From Cyanophora paradoxa CCMP329 (Eukaryota; Plantae; Glaucophyta): a DNA stretch of 64,000 nucleotides. The position numbers and the translations under genes were made by a program. Numbering within the stretch: position 1 is the first letter of the stretch; the number at the start of each line of letters is the position of its first letter. The notes beneath the pieces are model-generated. The model ran no database searches. It saw only the letters and a list, made by a program, of their open reading frames with translations, and was not told the DNA's origin. This document shows, one piece after another, positions 33,492 through 45,900 of the stretch. The DNA is taken from contig QPMI01000192.1 of NCBI GenBank assembly GCA_004431415.1, forward strand, positions 62,001 through 126,000, read 5' to 3'.

Positions 33492-36400
33492 ATGGACGAC
33501 GTTCTTTCGTTCTTGTTCGAGTGCGTCCCATCCCGCACCTCGCGCTCTTGAGCCCAGCTCTCAGACCGCGGCCGTCGCACAGCGACGCGGCAATCGAGCG
33601 GGAGGGCGCGCTGCAATGGGAGGAGGACCTCAGACAGAAGTACAGCAGCGCGCCGGAGCTCGTGCAGATCATGGGTGCCCCGCCCTCGCAGCCCCGCCCC
33701 GCCCGCGCCCGCCGCCATGCCAGCCCGCCGCGTCCGACCCGCTCCGCCCCCGCAGCGCCGTGGAAGCCGAAGCCAACGCTCGCGGAGCAGGCGCGCATCA
33801 CGCCCCGCGCCCGCTCGCCGCCGCCGCCTTCGCCTACGCCGCCGCCGCCGCCCCCGCATCGCTGAGATCGAATCCGAATGTGCGCGCCGCAGCTGCCGCG
33901 GACGACGACGCCGACCTCGCGGCGGGGCGGGCCGCCACAGACGCGGACGCTGACTCCGCCATCGAAGGAGCCGACGCCGCCGGAGAGCCCCGGGGGTTCG
34001 GGGGGCCAGAAGGCCTCCCACGCCGTCGACAAGTGGCGCCGCTACCACAAGCACCGCGAGCCGGTCCCGAAGGCGGCCACCTCGTTCTTCGAGTGCGCGC
34101 GTACCCCCTTCTTTCCCCCCCCCCCCCTCCACCCCACCCGATCCCCGCGCCCAGTATGGTGGTGGTGGCCGATGAAGCGCTCCTGGCCCCCGCGCCGAAG
34201 CCCCCGCCAGCGCCTGCCCCTCCGCCCCCGCCCGCCCGGAGCCGCGGCCCGCGGCCGAGCCGCCTCCGCCGGAGCCCGAGCCGCCGGCCCCGCCCGAGCC
34301 GCCTCGGGATCCCACGCCGCCGCCGCCGCCCTCGCCCCCCCCGGAGGAGGAGCCGGCGGGACGGGAGGGGGAGGAGGCCGAGGAGGAGGAGGAGGGGGGG
34401 TACGAGGGCCGCCCTGGCGAGGAGGAGGGGGAGGGGGAGGAGGAGGAGGGGGAGGGGGAGGAGGGCGGGGTAGACGCAGCCCACGGCGACGAGGCGGAGG
34501 CGGAGGCGGAGGCGGAGGCGGAGCTCGAGGCGGTGGACGAGGACGAGGACGAGGACGAAGACGGGGAGTCCGTCCAGGCTGGGGGTTCTCAAAAGGAGGA
34601 GGAGGGGGGCGGCGGCGGCGGGGCCGGCGAGGAGGGGGAGGCGGGCTGGCGGGCCCTGGAGGCCGCCCTCCAAAAAGAGGCGGGGGCGGAGGGGGCGGAG
34701 GAGGCGGAGCAGGCGGAGCAGGCGGAACCCCAGCCTGAGGCGGCTCCAGGGACGGAGGAAGAGGCGGCGGCGGAGGCGGCGGCGGCGGCAGAGGAGCCCG
34801 CGCAGGGGCCGCCGGCGCCCGAGGCCGAGGCCGAGGCCGAAGCCGAGGCCGGGGAGCAGCAGAAGGCGGAGGGGGCGCCGACGAAGCAGGCGGCGCTGTT
34901 GGCCGCCCTGTCCCAGGTGAGCGGGGGCTGCTGTGGGGCTCGTTCGTGCCTTGTAGCGGGGCGGCCGCTGAGCGAGCGGGGCGGCGTTCAGGCGCGGACG
35001 GCCCTCAAGGGCGGCGCGGTGAGCGTCCGCGTGCGTCGGACCGCGGCGGCGGGCGGCAGCGGCAGCGGCAGCGGCCGGCGGCGGCGGCACTCGGCGCACG
35101 GGCCGGCGGCCGCGCGACACGGCAGTGAGGCCCCGTCCGTCCCCGCCCCCGCCCCCGCCCCCGTCCCCGCCCCGGCGCCGCCCCCGCCGGCGGCCCCGGT
35201 CCCGCCCTTCTGGAGGTGGCGCCCCGTACCCCCTCCGCGCCCTCCACTCCCCTCATCCGCCGGGCGCCCAACCGGCCCGCCCCGGCCCCGTGGCCACGCC
35301 CCCTGCGCCGCCGCCGCCCCCGCCCCGCCGCCCCCGCCCCCCGCCCCGACGCTGGCCCCGTGGGTCGTCGCCCTGCCCTCCACGCCTTCGCCCGTGCCGG
35401 CCCCGCCCGAGGACCCGACTCCCCGCCCCCGCTTCCGCCCGAGCCCGCCCCGGCCCCGGCTTCGGCCCCGGCCCCGAGGCCGAGGCTGAGTCCGGGCCTG
35501 CGCCTGCTGCCGACGAGTCGGGCGCGCCGGAGCCCACCGGCCGCGGGGAAGCCTCCGAGGGAGGCGAGGCCGGCCCCGCTCCGCCCCGCCCCGCCGCGGC
35601 CGGCGCCAAATCCGTACCCTCCTTTTTTTCATTCTACCCCGCTTCGGTTTTTCTCACGCGCCGCGCGCGTGCGCAGCGGCGGGGCCGGCGGCGCCGCGGG
35701 AAGGGGAACGGGGCGGAGGACCCGCGCAGGGCGGAGGAGATCGCCGAGGCCCAGCGCGAGGCCCAGCGGCTTCTCGCCAAGGTACCCCCCGTTTCTCCCC
35801 CCCCCCTCCAGATTCCCTTCGGATCCATCCCGCCGACGTGTAACGGTCGGTCGGCAGTTCCAGGCCGCGACGCCGCCGCACGAGGAGGCGGCTCCTAGGA
35901 GGCCGGCGCGGCCCCCGCCCCCCTCCAAGTACCTCTCGGGGGCCAACCGCGCCCCTGTCCGCCGGAGGGTGCGCGTCCCCTACCCCCTCCACCCCGCCCT
36001 CCTCGCTCATGAGGCCGGGGGCGGGGTACAGTCGGACCCCGTCGTGTTCGTACCCGTCGCCGCGCACCCCGTCGACGTCGCATTCGACGGCGTACCCCTC
36101 GGGCGGGAGGCCCCCGCCGAGGAAGAGGCCCGCTCCCGCGCCCCGTACCCCCCTCGCCGGAGCGCCGCCCCTGACGCGCTCCTCCGCGCCCCCGGCAGGC
36201 GCCCCCCCTGGGACCCGCACGGCGGGGCGCCCGCGCCAGGGCTGCCGCGGCGGCGGCGGGCCGCCAAGGAGGGGAGAGCGACGGGGGGGAAGGGGACTTC
36301 GAAGACTGTCCCGAGGCCGTCCGCACCGCCGCCGGTACCCCCTCCCGCCGTCCCCTCCTCCCTCCCGACGGGCACATCTGACTGGTCCCGGCACCCTTCA

Positions 36401-37153
36401 GCGGCGGCGGCAGCGGCCGCGGCGAGCGGCGCGCGCCCGCCCCGCGCCCGCCGCGCCTCGGGTGCGTCGTCCCTCAACCGCTCCGGCACCCTCAGGGTGC
36501 GTACCCCCCTCCCGTCCCGCGTACCCCCGTCCGACTCCTCCCCCCTCTCCGCAGGCCTTCGAGTCGACGGGCATCTCCAACTTCTCCCTCTCGTACGACC
36601 CGCGGCCCTTCCCCGCCGACCGCCCAGCCGGCGAGGCCCCCGCCCCGGGGTACGCCTCCGGAGCCACCCTGTCGCCCCGCGTGCCCCGCCTCCCGCTCGC
36701 CGTACCCCCCGACCTGCTGCACCTCCCCGCGGCGGCCGCCCTCGCCGCCGCCCCCGCCGTGCCCCCAGGGACGGTCCTCGTCCCCTCGGGGCCCCCCCGC
36801 CGGGCCGCGTTTCGCGCCATTGCTCGCCCCGGAGACAAGGCCGAACGCCTCGCGCGGGCCCGCGGCCTCCTCCCCGCCTCAAGCTCGACCCGCGGCCCGC
36901 GGCCCCGCAGCGCCGGGCGGCCCGCCGCCGCCGCCGCGGAGGACGAGGGGCGGGGGGGTACCCCGCCCGCGACCTCTTCGCCGGGCTCGACCCCCGCTCG
37001 CTCCCCGCCTCCTTCGTGATCTCCCTACCCCCCTCCCACCGACCGCTCCTACTTCCTCCCCCACTACCGCGCCGCCCGCGCCGCCCTCGCCGTCGTACCC
37101 CCCTCCGCCCCGCTGCCCCCGCTGCGGTTCCTGCGGCGCGCCGCCGCTGCTGA
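33492..37153 (+). CDS. Long low-complexity Pro/Glu-rich hypothetical protein, multi-exon
   Basis: Coding-like exons (EREGALQWEEDLRQKYSSAPELVQIM; acidic stretch 34533-34915) separated by GT-AG introns. No domain recognised. Confidence 0.4.
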
Positions 37154-38023
37154 GGGGCACCGCGCCGGGGACGGCGCCGCCCCCGCGGCGACCGCGCCCG
37201 ACTCGACCGCGGCGACGTCGCCCCGCGAGCATCCGGCCGCGGCTTGAAGGCCTATGGATCTTCTGTCGGCCGTTTATGATTTAGTTAGGATTCGGATTGA
37301 GCCTACGCCGCGCGCGAGTGATGCGAATTCGGCAGCAAGGTCGGCGCCCACGGCCAGGGCCAGGGCCCAACACGCCCTGAGGCCTGAACGCGTACCGCAC
37401 ATTGACCCCGTCCTCGGATGAGTCTGCCGGGCTGCTGCTGCTTGGCGGGCCGGAGCTTTTTGTTTTTGCAGAAGTGGACCGTCGGACATCGCCGAGTCGA
37501 CGTCGCATTTATTAAATATTCATGACTCACGTTCATTGCGGCACAATCGATATCTGCTGGCAAGTATTAATGTCTAGCTACGTGACGTGCCCTTCCGACC
37601 GAGTAAGTGAGCGAGATACTATTTATGATATATATCGACGAAGCTAGCGTGCTAATTGGTCAGTGGAAGCTTCCGAAGCTCCCTCATGAGCTCAGCAGCT
37701 GGAAGTGAACTTCGGAAATGCCCCAAGCCCGCCGTCCAGCCTCAAAAATGGCTTGGAGCCTCAGCTCTAGATGGCCTCGGAAGCTTCGAGTGCCTCAGCA
37801 TTGCAGCTTAATTAAGCTTGACTCTCAGATTAAGCTTAATATCGCGAACAACGATAACTCATGATCAGTCGAGCTTAAGCTTAATGCATATCCGATGATC
37901 ATAGATTTCGAAATGAGGGCCCGTCCCTCGCCAGCCTGGCACGGTGACTTTTATTAAAAATTAAAGCAAAGGCCGTAGCAGCCTGGCAGCTCAGCGGCTC
38001 AGCGTCTCGCGAATTCTTTTGAA

Positions 38024-38338
38024 GACGTCGCCCTTATGATCAATGCCCTCATGATCAATGCAGCGATGCATCTCAAAGAAGCGAATTTCAGCCCTGTACA
38101 CTGTGACATCCTGAGCCTTGGCCACGGGAAGTACGAGATTTCGAGCGCAGGCCAACGACTCGGCGACCGCGCGCCAGTCTTTCGGGTCCAGCGAGCTCGC
38201 CGCCTAGGCCTCGCCCCGCCGCTCCACCTTCTCCAGCAACCGCGACGACGGCCGGCGCCGCGACCGGCGCTCGCGATCGTCTGGCTTCTTTCGACGTCGC
38301 CCTTAAGATCAATGCGCATGCCCTCATGATCAATGCAG
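38024..38338. repeat. ~40-bp direct repeat pair (38024 and 38293) in a degenerate intergenic region
   Basis: GACGTCGCCCTTA.GATCAATGC[GCATGC]CCTCATGATCAATGCAG; the second copy has the 6-nt insertion. Confidence 0.7.
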
Positions 38339-38715
38339 TGATTGCCGCAGTGCGCACGCCCCCGGCGCCGGCGGCCGCAAGATGAGTACCTGTGGTGCGA
38401 TAAATTCTTCGGCTAACAATTATGCAGCCACTGTGAACTGTGACTAGGGGCCCGGCCGCGTTTGGCGCGCCGGGGGTGCAAGGGGGGAATCGGGATCTAA
38501 TGAAAGAGTAGTAGTGGCACGAACATGCACGGGGCAGATGTAGATCGACCCCGGCCCAGCGCGCGCGGCAGGTTGAAACTGCAGCAGCTTCGCGCCCTCG
38601 AGCTCGTCGCATGTTAGCTTTCTCTTGTTGGCTGCTGAGGCGCTTTCTCTTGCTTAAGCTCAGTGCCGAAGCTCAGTTCACGCCCGGATTCTCGTGCATG
38701 CAATGATCTCGCTTA

Positions 38716-38930
38716 TACTAGTAGAATGGGGTAGGAACTGACATTACCTGGACATCATTCTGACATTATAAATATTGTCAGCCCTGACATCATCCTGACA
38801 TTAAAATGCAGTCCAAGTAGTGTCAGAGTACTGTCAGGAAATTGTCAGACCGGCTGACATCATTCTGACAATATTTATATTGTCAGAATTATGTCAGGAT
38901 AATGTCAGTTCCTACCCCATTCTACTAGTG
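38716..38930. mobile_element. Non-autonomous CACTA (En/Spm) MITE, 215 bp
   Basis: 30-bp TIRs ACTAGTAGAATGGGGTAGGAACTGACATTA. Right end TAGTG (CACTA on the other strand), left end TACTA. 3-bp TSD TTA at 38713-38715 and 38931-38933. Many internal CTGACA/TGTCAG subterminal repeats. Confidence 0.9.
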
Positions 38931-39260
38931 TTACTCACTGTTCACGCGCTGCAGCTGCACACGCGCCGCTCTTTGTTATTCGCAACTCCGAGGCTCGAAC
39001 GCTCGCGATCGGTTTGCCGCTGATGCGCTCGCAAGAGCTGGTCAGCTCGCAAGACCGCCCGGCGCGAAGGGACAGCGGCCGGGGCGCCAACGAGGTCGGC
39101 GCAGCGATGCGGCTGCGCATGCGAGCAGAGGCTGGATCGCGAGGAAAAGCTACGCGGTACGGGCCAATCCGGCCCACGGGCTGCACGTGCTTCGGTGCAC
39201 GTGCTGCGGTGCAAGCTTGATGCAGTCAAAAGTAGTCCAGGCGGCACGGGTACCGTGCGG

Positions 39261-39448
39261 CGTACGCGGCGCACTGCGAGGAAGTGGAAATCTAGAGGAG
39301 ATCGAGCAAGACATCTAGGGAGATCTAGAAGTGGTTCCATGCAGAACCGCGCAACGAAGAGCAAGGCGTACGCGACGCACTGCGAGGAAGCCGAAATCTA
39401 CAGGAGACAGCTCAGGAGAACTGGTTCCATGCAGAACCGCGCAAGGAA
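39261..39448. repeat. Two imperfect tandem copies of an ~80-105 bp unit (probable TE remnant)
   Basis: CGTACGCG.CGCACTGCGAGGAAG..GAAATCTA...TGGTTCCATGCAGAACCGCGCAA occurs twice. Confidence 0.6.
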
Positions 39449-39991
39449 TTCGAAGACCGGAATGAGAGAGAAGTTGGTTTCCAGGCTTCAAGTCGAGGAA
39501 AACTGGTCTTCGCCCTCGAAAACCTTGTTTTGCATGGACGGTCGCAGCGACAAACACGTGTCGCTGCAACCGAATTTCGGCCCATTGTTTTCCCGCGTTG
39601 CATACTGGACCTCGAAAACGGCCTCATAGAAGAATTTTGGCTGAAGCGAGGGAACGGGAAGCAAGGGGGTCCCCTTCCCCCCTTGCAATTAGCCTAACAA
39701 CTTCGCTTACAATCACTTGACGCACACATACAGAGCCCGCTGCAGGGCTGATCATAGAGGGCGAAAGACGAAAGGCTATTGCTACGGAAACTTCTTTATC
39801 TGAGTTCCGTGTTACGTTTCTGCTCTAAATCTCAAGCTAAAGTTAAAAGTATCGATGACAGGATCCGGATGCATGTAGATGCAAACGACTTTCTCGCTGT
39901 CGCGCTCGCCAAGCGCTCGCGCTCGAGTCAGAAAGTCGATTCGAGTTCGAACATCTATTTGCCCTCCATCTGCAGCTGCAGCTCCAGCTGC

Positions 39992-42900
39992 TTAGAGGTT
40001 GATGGTCGTCCCGCCCGCAGCCGCGCCCGAGTGGGGCGCGTAGTAGTACGGTCCGCTCGCGCCCGCCGCATGAGGGGCGGAGCCGTAGGTCGGCTGGGCG
40101 CGGCGCCGCTGGCCCATGCGGTAGTAGTTCCAGCCCCACAGGCCGCCCACGATCAGGAGGACGGCGCCCTGCGCGCCGGCCGCGGCGTCAGCTCGGCAGA
40201 CTCGAATTCGAATTCGTTGTTCGAGCTGCAATTGCGAGCTGCAAGCTTGCGCACCAGGCCGAGGCCGAGGCCGAGGCCGAGGCCGACGTGGGAGGTGGTG
40301 CCGCCCGACTGCGCCTGCGCCGCCTGCGACTGGGACCACGAGGAGAGGGCTGAGGAGAGGACCGGCGCCGGCGCCGACGTCGACGACCACTGCACGAACT
40401 GCGCGCGTCGAAGCCAAACGCGGGTGAGTTGTCGACGTTCAGTTTTGATATTATATCGCTAATTCAATTATCAGTTCATTCATATTCGGTGTGCATCTGA
40501 TTTAAGCTTCCCGCGGCGGGTACGTCGGAAGGGGGCGCACGTTCGTGATGACGACCTGCTCGCCGTCGGCCTGCTCGATGCGGAGGTCGTACGTCGTCTC
40601 CGCGGAGAGCAGCAGGGCCCGGCCCGTCCCCGTCCCCGAGGTCCCCACCGCGCAGCCGGCCGGCGGGGAGAGTGGCAGCTCTGCCCCGTCGCAATCACGG
40701 GCCTGCCTCAGCACGCGAAAATACTTTCGCAGCGCGAAACGAACGCGAAAGCGCGCACGGAAGCAGAGGCCGGCGTCGCAGAGGCGGACGTTGGTCGCGG
40801 GGTGGGCGCAGGTGACGCCGCCGGTGGAGAGGTCGAAGAGGCCGACCATCACCTGCAGCGCCAAGAGCAAGGGCGGGCGACGGCCGCGGTCAGCCACGAT
40901 ATGTATGCACGCACCGAATTCGCGCAGCGAAAACGGCGGCACGCACGCTGGTCGGGGCGGCGGCAAACGTGCCGGCCAGCGAGAAGTCGGAGGCCGGGGA
41001 CGAGGCGCCGAGGCGGCGCGGCGAGCGCGAGGCGCATCGGCGGATCGCGCCGAGGGACGTGCAGTTGAGGCCCGCGCGGTTGGCGTCGAGCTCCGCCGCT
41101 GCACGCCGAACAATGATCATGAGCTTCACGCACAAAACTTGAGAACATATTCTACAGGTACAAAAGCCGCGTGCGCACCAGGCTGCCAGATGACGGCCTG
41201 CCAGAGAAAAATCAACGAGCGCGGGCATGGGTGAGATCAGAAGATATTCAAAGGCGGCCAGCGGGGCCCTAGGCTTGCGGCTCAGCGGCTGCCATACGGC
41301 TCAACGCACGTTCTCGATGACGACATTCGCGCCGGTCTGAGAGTCGGTGACGCGGAGGGCGTGCGCGGTGCCGGTCATCAGGGCGAGGAGGTGCCGCGCC
41401 GACGGGGTGGAGCGCGCGAAGGGGCTGGCCGGAATCACTGCGCCGAGAAATCAGACACGGATTGGAGACTAGACAGCCTCGGCGCTCACCGAAGCAGACG
41501 GACGTGGACGGTGTGGTGCTGCCCTCGGGGATCGCCGGCGAGAGGGACGCGTTGACGGCCATCGCGTCGGCGAAGACGCCGTCGCTGAAGCGCCCGATCT
41601 CGACCTGCGAATCGTACGCTCGTCAGCCGCGGGCATCGCCGTCGCGGATTGCAATCGCAACGAGAACGCACGCTCGGGACGGCGAAGAAGGTGCCGGGGA
41701 CGCAGGCGGTGCGCTCCGCGGGGGCCGCCATCGGCCGCAGCCGCGCGATGGGCGCGTTCGCGATGAACGAGCCGCCCATGCCCGGCCGCCCGATGGCGTC
41801 CACGTCCACCCGAATGCCCTCCGCTGTAGACACGAGTTAGTTAGAGAGATTATCTTTCTCCGTCCGTCTAGAGCTGCACTCGGGATCCGGCGGACCGGGC
41901 GTGGCGACGGTGACGACCTCGCTGCGCGGGCTGCTCCCGAGCGCGTTGCTGCACGTGGCGACGAAGCGGTACGTCGTGAGCGACGTGAGGCGGTCCGCCA
42001 TGAAGACCATCTCGCTGGCGGCCTCGTCGGGCACGACGCTGGCCACCTCTGCCACCGTCTCGGCCCCGGCCTCGTCCACGCCCAGCGAGAGCAGCGAGCA
42101 CTGCGCAGCGAAATCAACATGCGCATGCGAGTTTCGCGCGGCCATCGAGCGTTGAACCGAACCCTTCTTACCTTCGAGATAGGGACGGGCTGGCTCGTGG
42201 TCACGTCGTACGCCTCGTTGACGGGGACGAAGAAGGCGACAGACGCGGAGCGGAAGGTGGCGCCCCGCACGCGGTTGAGGGCCGGCGCCGCGAGCCCTGC
42301 TCGGCGTGAGTGAGCGGAACGCGGCGCGGGCCCGCGAAACCACTCAAGCTTGCAGCGCACCGACGGGCCGTGGCTGGAACTGCATGGCCTGCGGAGCGGA
42401 TCCGGAGCGATCGCGAGTCAAGCCTCCGGAAAGGGGGACGCGTCCTCAAAAGGCGCACCCCGTCGACGAACGTTGACTCGCCAGTCGCCAGGTCCTGAGG
42501 AGGCCGGTCAGGGGTTGCAGCTCAGGCGCGGGTTCCCGGAGTCCGGAGGACCGATATCGCATGATGTGACACGGCACGTTCAACTACGCAGATCTAGAGT
42601 TCTATTTGCATCTGCCGCTTACCGTCGTGGTCATGCCTGCAACGCGAAACACGAAAGTCGCTCAGCTGACGCTGTGAAATGATCGACACTGGCCTACAGG
42701 GCGAGAGCGCACCGAGCAGGGCGCCGTTCTGGAAGAGGGGGCCGGAGGGGGCCTGGAGGAGGTGGCGGGCGCCTGCCTTGGGCACGAGGTCCTTGGCCGA
42801 GGGCAGGTCGTCGGGGATCTTGCTGATGACCTCGCCGTCCTCGTTCTGAGCGCGGACGCGAGAGGGCAAGGCGGGTTATAATTTAGATAGATGGCTAGCC

Positions 42901-45900
42901 TTGGCGCATTCGAATTGCACCGTCTCAATGTTGGCCCTGATCATGATAGGATGCGCACGTGCGCGAGGGAGCGATGCTTTGTCAGCACAAGGCGGCAATG
43001 CCGCATACACAAAAACTTCGAAGTCAAAAAACAAGGAACGTGATTGCAATTTCTACGCACTCGGCCAGAATGTAATTCGTCGAAACGACCTTGCCGCTGA
43101 TAATAACGGGAATGAGTAAATGAAATATGCAACCAGAGGCCTAGGAATATCCATTTGGCGCACTCCAAGGAGCAGATCCGTACGATGTTTCCTTTGACCG
43201 TGTCGCCGCGGTTGTCGAAGTAGTCGACGCAGGTGGCTCCCGCGGGCGGCTCGCCCGTCCCGACGCTGGCGCCCGCTCCGCCCGCGAGGACGCTTCGCCT
43301 CTGCGGCTTCAGACCGGACAACGCCAACTTCGCAGCGTCTGCCGTTTGGGATCGATCAAAACACTTAATTGTATGGCTTGAAATGGAGCATGTAACGCAC
43401 TCATAACTGAGGAGACGGTGGCCGCAATTGTTGGACAGGTCGGAATCTTCCAGTAATCTGCCGGAATTCGAACAGACTTAGACGAGAGGAATGCGAACTG
43501 TGGAATACAAAACGACCTGAGACTCACCTGGGTACGCAGGCTTGCACTCTGATTTGCCATCTGCACCAGGCGCGCACGTTTGCGCGCAGAACTTTTTCGT
43601 ATCCACTGCCGCCTGTAGTTTTTCCTGAATGGTCTGTGGCGGTTTCGGCGGTTTGTAGATGCATTTGGCCGTCGACGACGAGAGGCACGTGGCTGGCGAC
43701 GTCGCGACAGGCTTCAAAGCCGAGAGGGCGCCTGCACATGTATATAATGGCGTGAGCTACACGCACACAGCGGCGTTCGAGATCAGAAGGACGCACCAGC
43801 GAGATTGCTGATGATATTGCCCACGGACTTGGGGCTGATTGCAACGGCTGAGGAGAACATAATTAGAGACTCAGCTCCGATAGTGCAATCGAACAATAGT
43901 CTTGATAGCCGACTGGCGCACCGCTCACGCGGGTCTTGAAGGCCACGGGGTCGGTGTAGTTGCTCAGGCCCTCCTGCCGGCCGCAGGCGGCCCGCACGCT
44001 GTAGGCAGTGTCCGGCTTGAGCTCCAGCACGCTGATGGAGCTCGACATGGTGACGTTGTTCGGCTGGCCCATCGCCGCGGTGAAGTTCAGCGTGCCTGCT
44101 CCCGGCCCCGTCAGGCTCCGAAATAAGCTCTCGGCATCACGTGCAAGCTATTGCTAAAGGGCCGGAAATTCAAAGTGCTCTAGATCGTTTGCTATGTCAT
44201 GAGCGGGCGAATGCAATGTCGATTCAGCGAAACGGAAATTCGGGCGTCTCGCACCGGCGTTCTGTCCGTCGATGAGCAAGTGGCACCTCGTAACTGCGAG
44301 GGGATGAGCAGGCCGGCTCTGCACGCGCCGCGAAGGCAGCGCGTGGGGAGTTATAGTTACCAGGGTCGCCTCCTTGCCCGTATTGCATGTCGAAGTACAC
44401 GGTGACGTACTGGGACTGCGAATTGATTATTAAACGATCAGGAATCCTGGAAATGCACATGCAGCACCTCGGCCTTCTTGATAACGAGGTTCTTCGGCGG
44501 GGGAAGGTCTGATCGTGAGGGCCCGCGTAAGTTAATCGTATTGGATGGCCGAGTTCGAAGAATGTACCCTTGGTTGTGAAGGTCTTCTTCTGGCTTTGGC
44601 CGCGCCCGTTCGCGTTCGAGCAGGCGACCTGGGGATCGGATCCGGTCGGTTGATTATCGACAGAATAGCAATGTATACGTAAACAGAACGCTGGCACCTC
44701 GAGCGTGTAGGTGGTGCCGGGGAGGAGGGTCGAGATCGTGGCGGGGATGCCGCCGTTCTTGACGGCCTTGGCGCCGCAGGTCTCCACGTCGGCGCTCCGG
44801 AAGGGCCTGTAGCACCACATGTCGTCGGCCTTGGTGACGCGGAAGACCTCGGCGTCGTTGACGTAGCCGGCGCAGAACTCGAGGCCCGGCGGAATCAGGT
44901 ACAGCGTGTCGACCCAGAGGTTGGCGCCGAAGGTGCGGGGCACGAGCGTGAAGCCCGGCGACGGCGGCGGCTCCAGGTCTGCGGGAGTGATACGTGATCA
45001 TGATCAGCCGCACTGAGATGGCGAGAGCACTAGTAAGTGATGGCGAGCTGCGCACTGAAGATGTCGATGGGGATCCACCCGCCATCGCGTCTGCCGAACT
45101 GGTTCGCGCAGGAAATAGCAATCTTGTAACGCCCCACGCCGACGTTCTGCGGCGGTCGCGAGAGCCCCTTCAGAAATCTCGCGCTCCATGCATATCAACG
45201 TTTAACGCATCCAACTTCCAACTCTTGCGGACCTGCTTGCGGGTGCCGACCATGAACGAGTCCATAGTGCGGCGCAGAATTCTCTGGTCGCCGAAATCTT
45301 CAAGCTTGACGGTCGGGCCCATGCCCTGCACACAAGCTCAGAATACAAGCGCGTTGGCGCGCACGGCTGCGATAATGAGCGCACCAGGATCGGCTGGCCG
45401 TTGAACTCGATGACTGTAATGGAGCAGTTGAACGTGCCGGGCGGGACCTCGAAGTACGGGGCGATGATCGGCCGAGGAATGCCGATTTCCATCTGGCGAG
45501 GCAAATCAAAACGCATGTTTCAATGACTTTAGATTTGCACGCTTCAATAGCGCTCACCGAGGCCAGCTGAGTGTTTGTGTCGAAGGACACAGCGAAGCGA
45601 ACTGCGGCGAAGGGCTCTTGCGGGGGACCGTCCGCTGCGCGTGCGTTCGTGCGTCAAAACCAATTGCAAGGAAATGTTTCAGAATCATTATATTATCGCA
45701 TAGCGCACTCATGAAGGTGACCCTGCGCGACACCGGGCCGGCCTCGAGCTTGTTCCAGCAGCGCGAGAAGAACCTGCACACGTTCGAGAAACATTGATCA
45801 TGAGCCAATGTATATGCCGCAGTCGAGGGAGCAGATTCTGAAGCCCGGCGACCGCGAGCGCGCACGTGTAGTTGGAGGTGGGGTCGAGTCCCCGCACGCT

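Noticed and set aside
1-37300. Many long overlapping Arg/Pro/Gly/Ala-rich ORFs in the ORF track
   Set aside because: By-products of very high GC and antisense frames; the real genes are spliced.
39661-39700. GCAAGGGG..CCCCTTGC hairpin followed by CTAA as a Helitron terminus
   Set aside because: Single occurrence with no identifiable 5' end or second copy; too weak to call.
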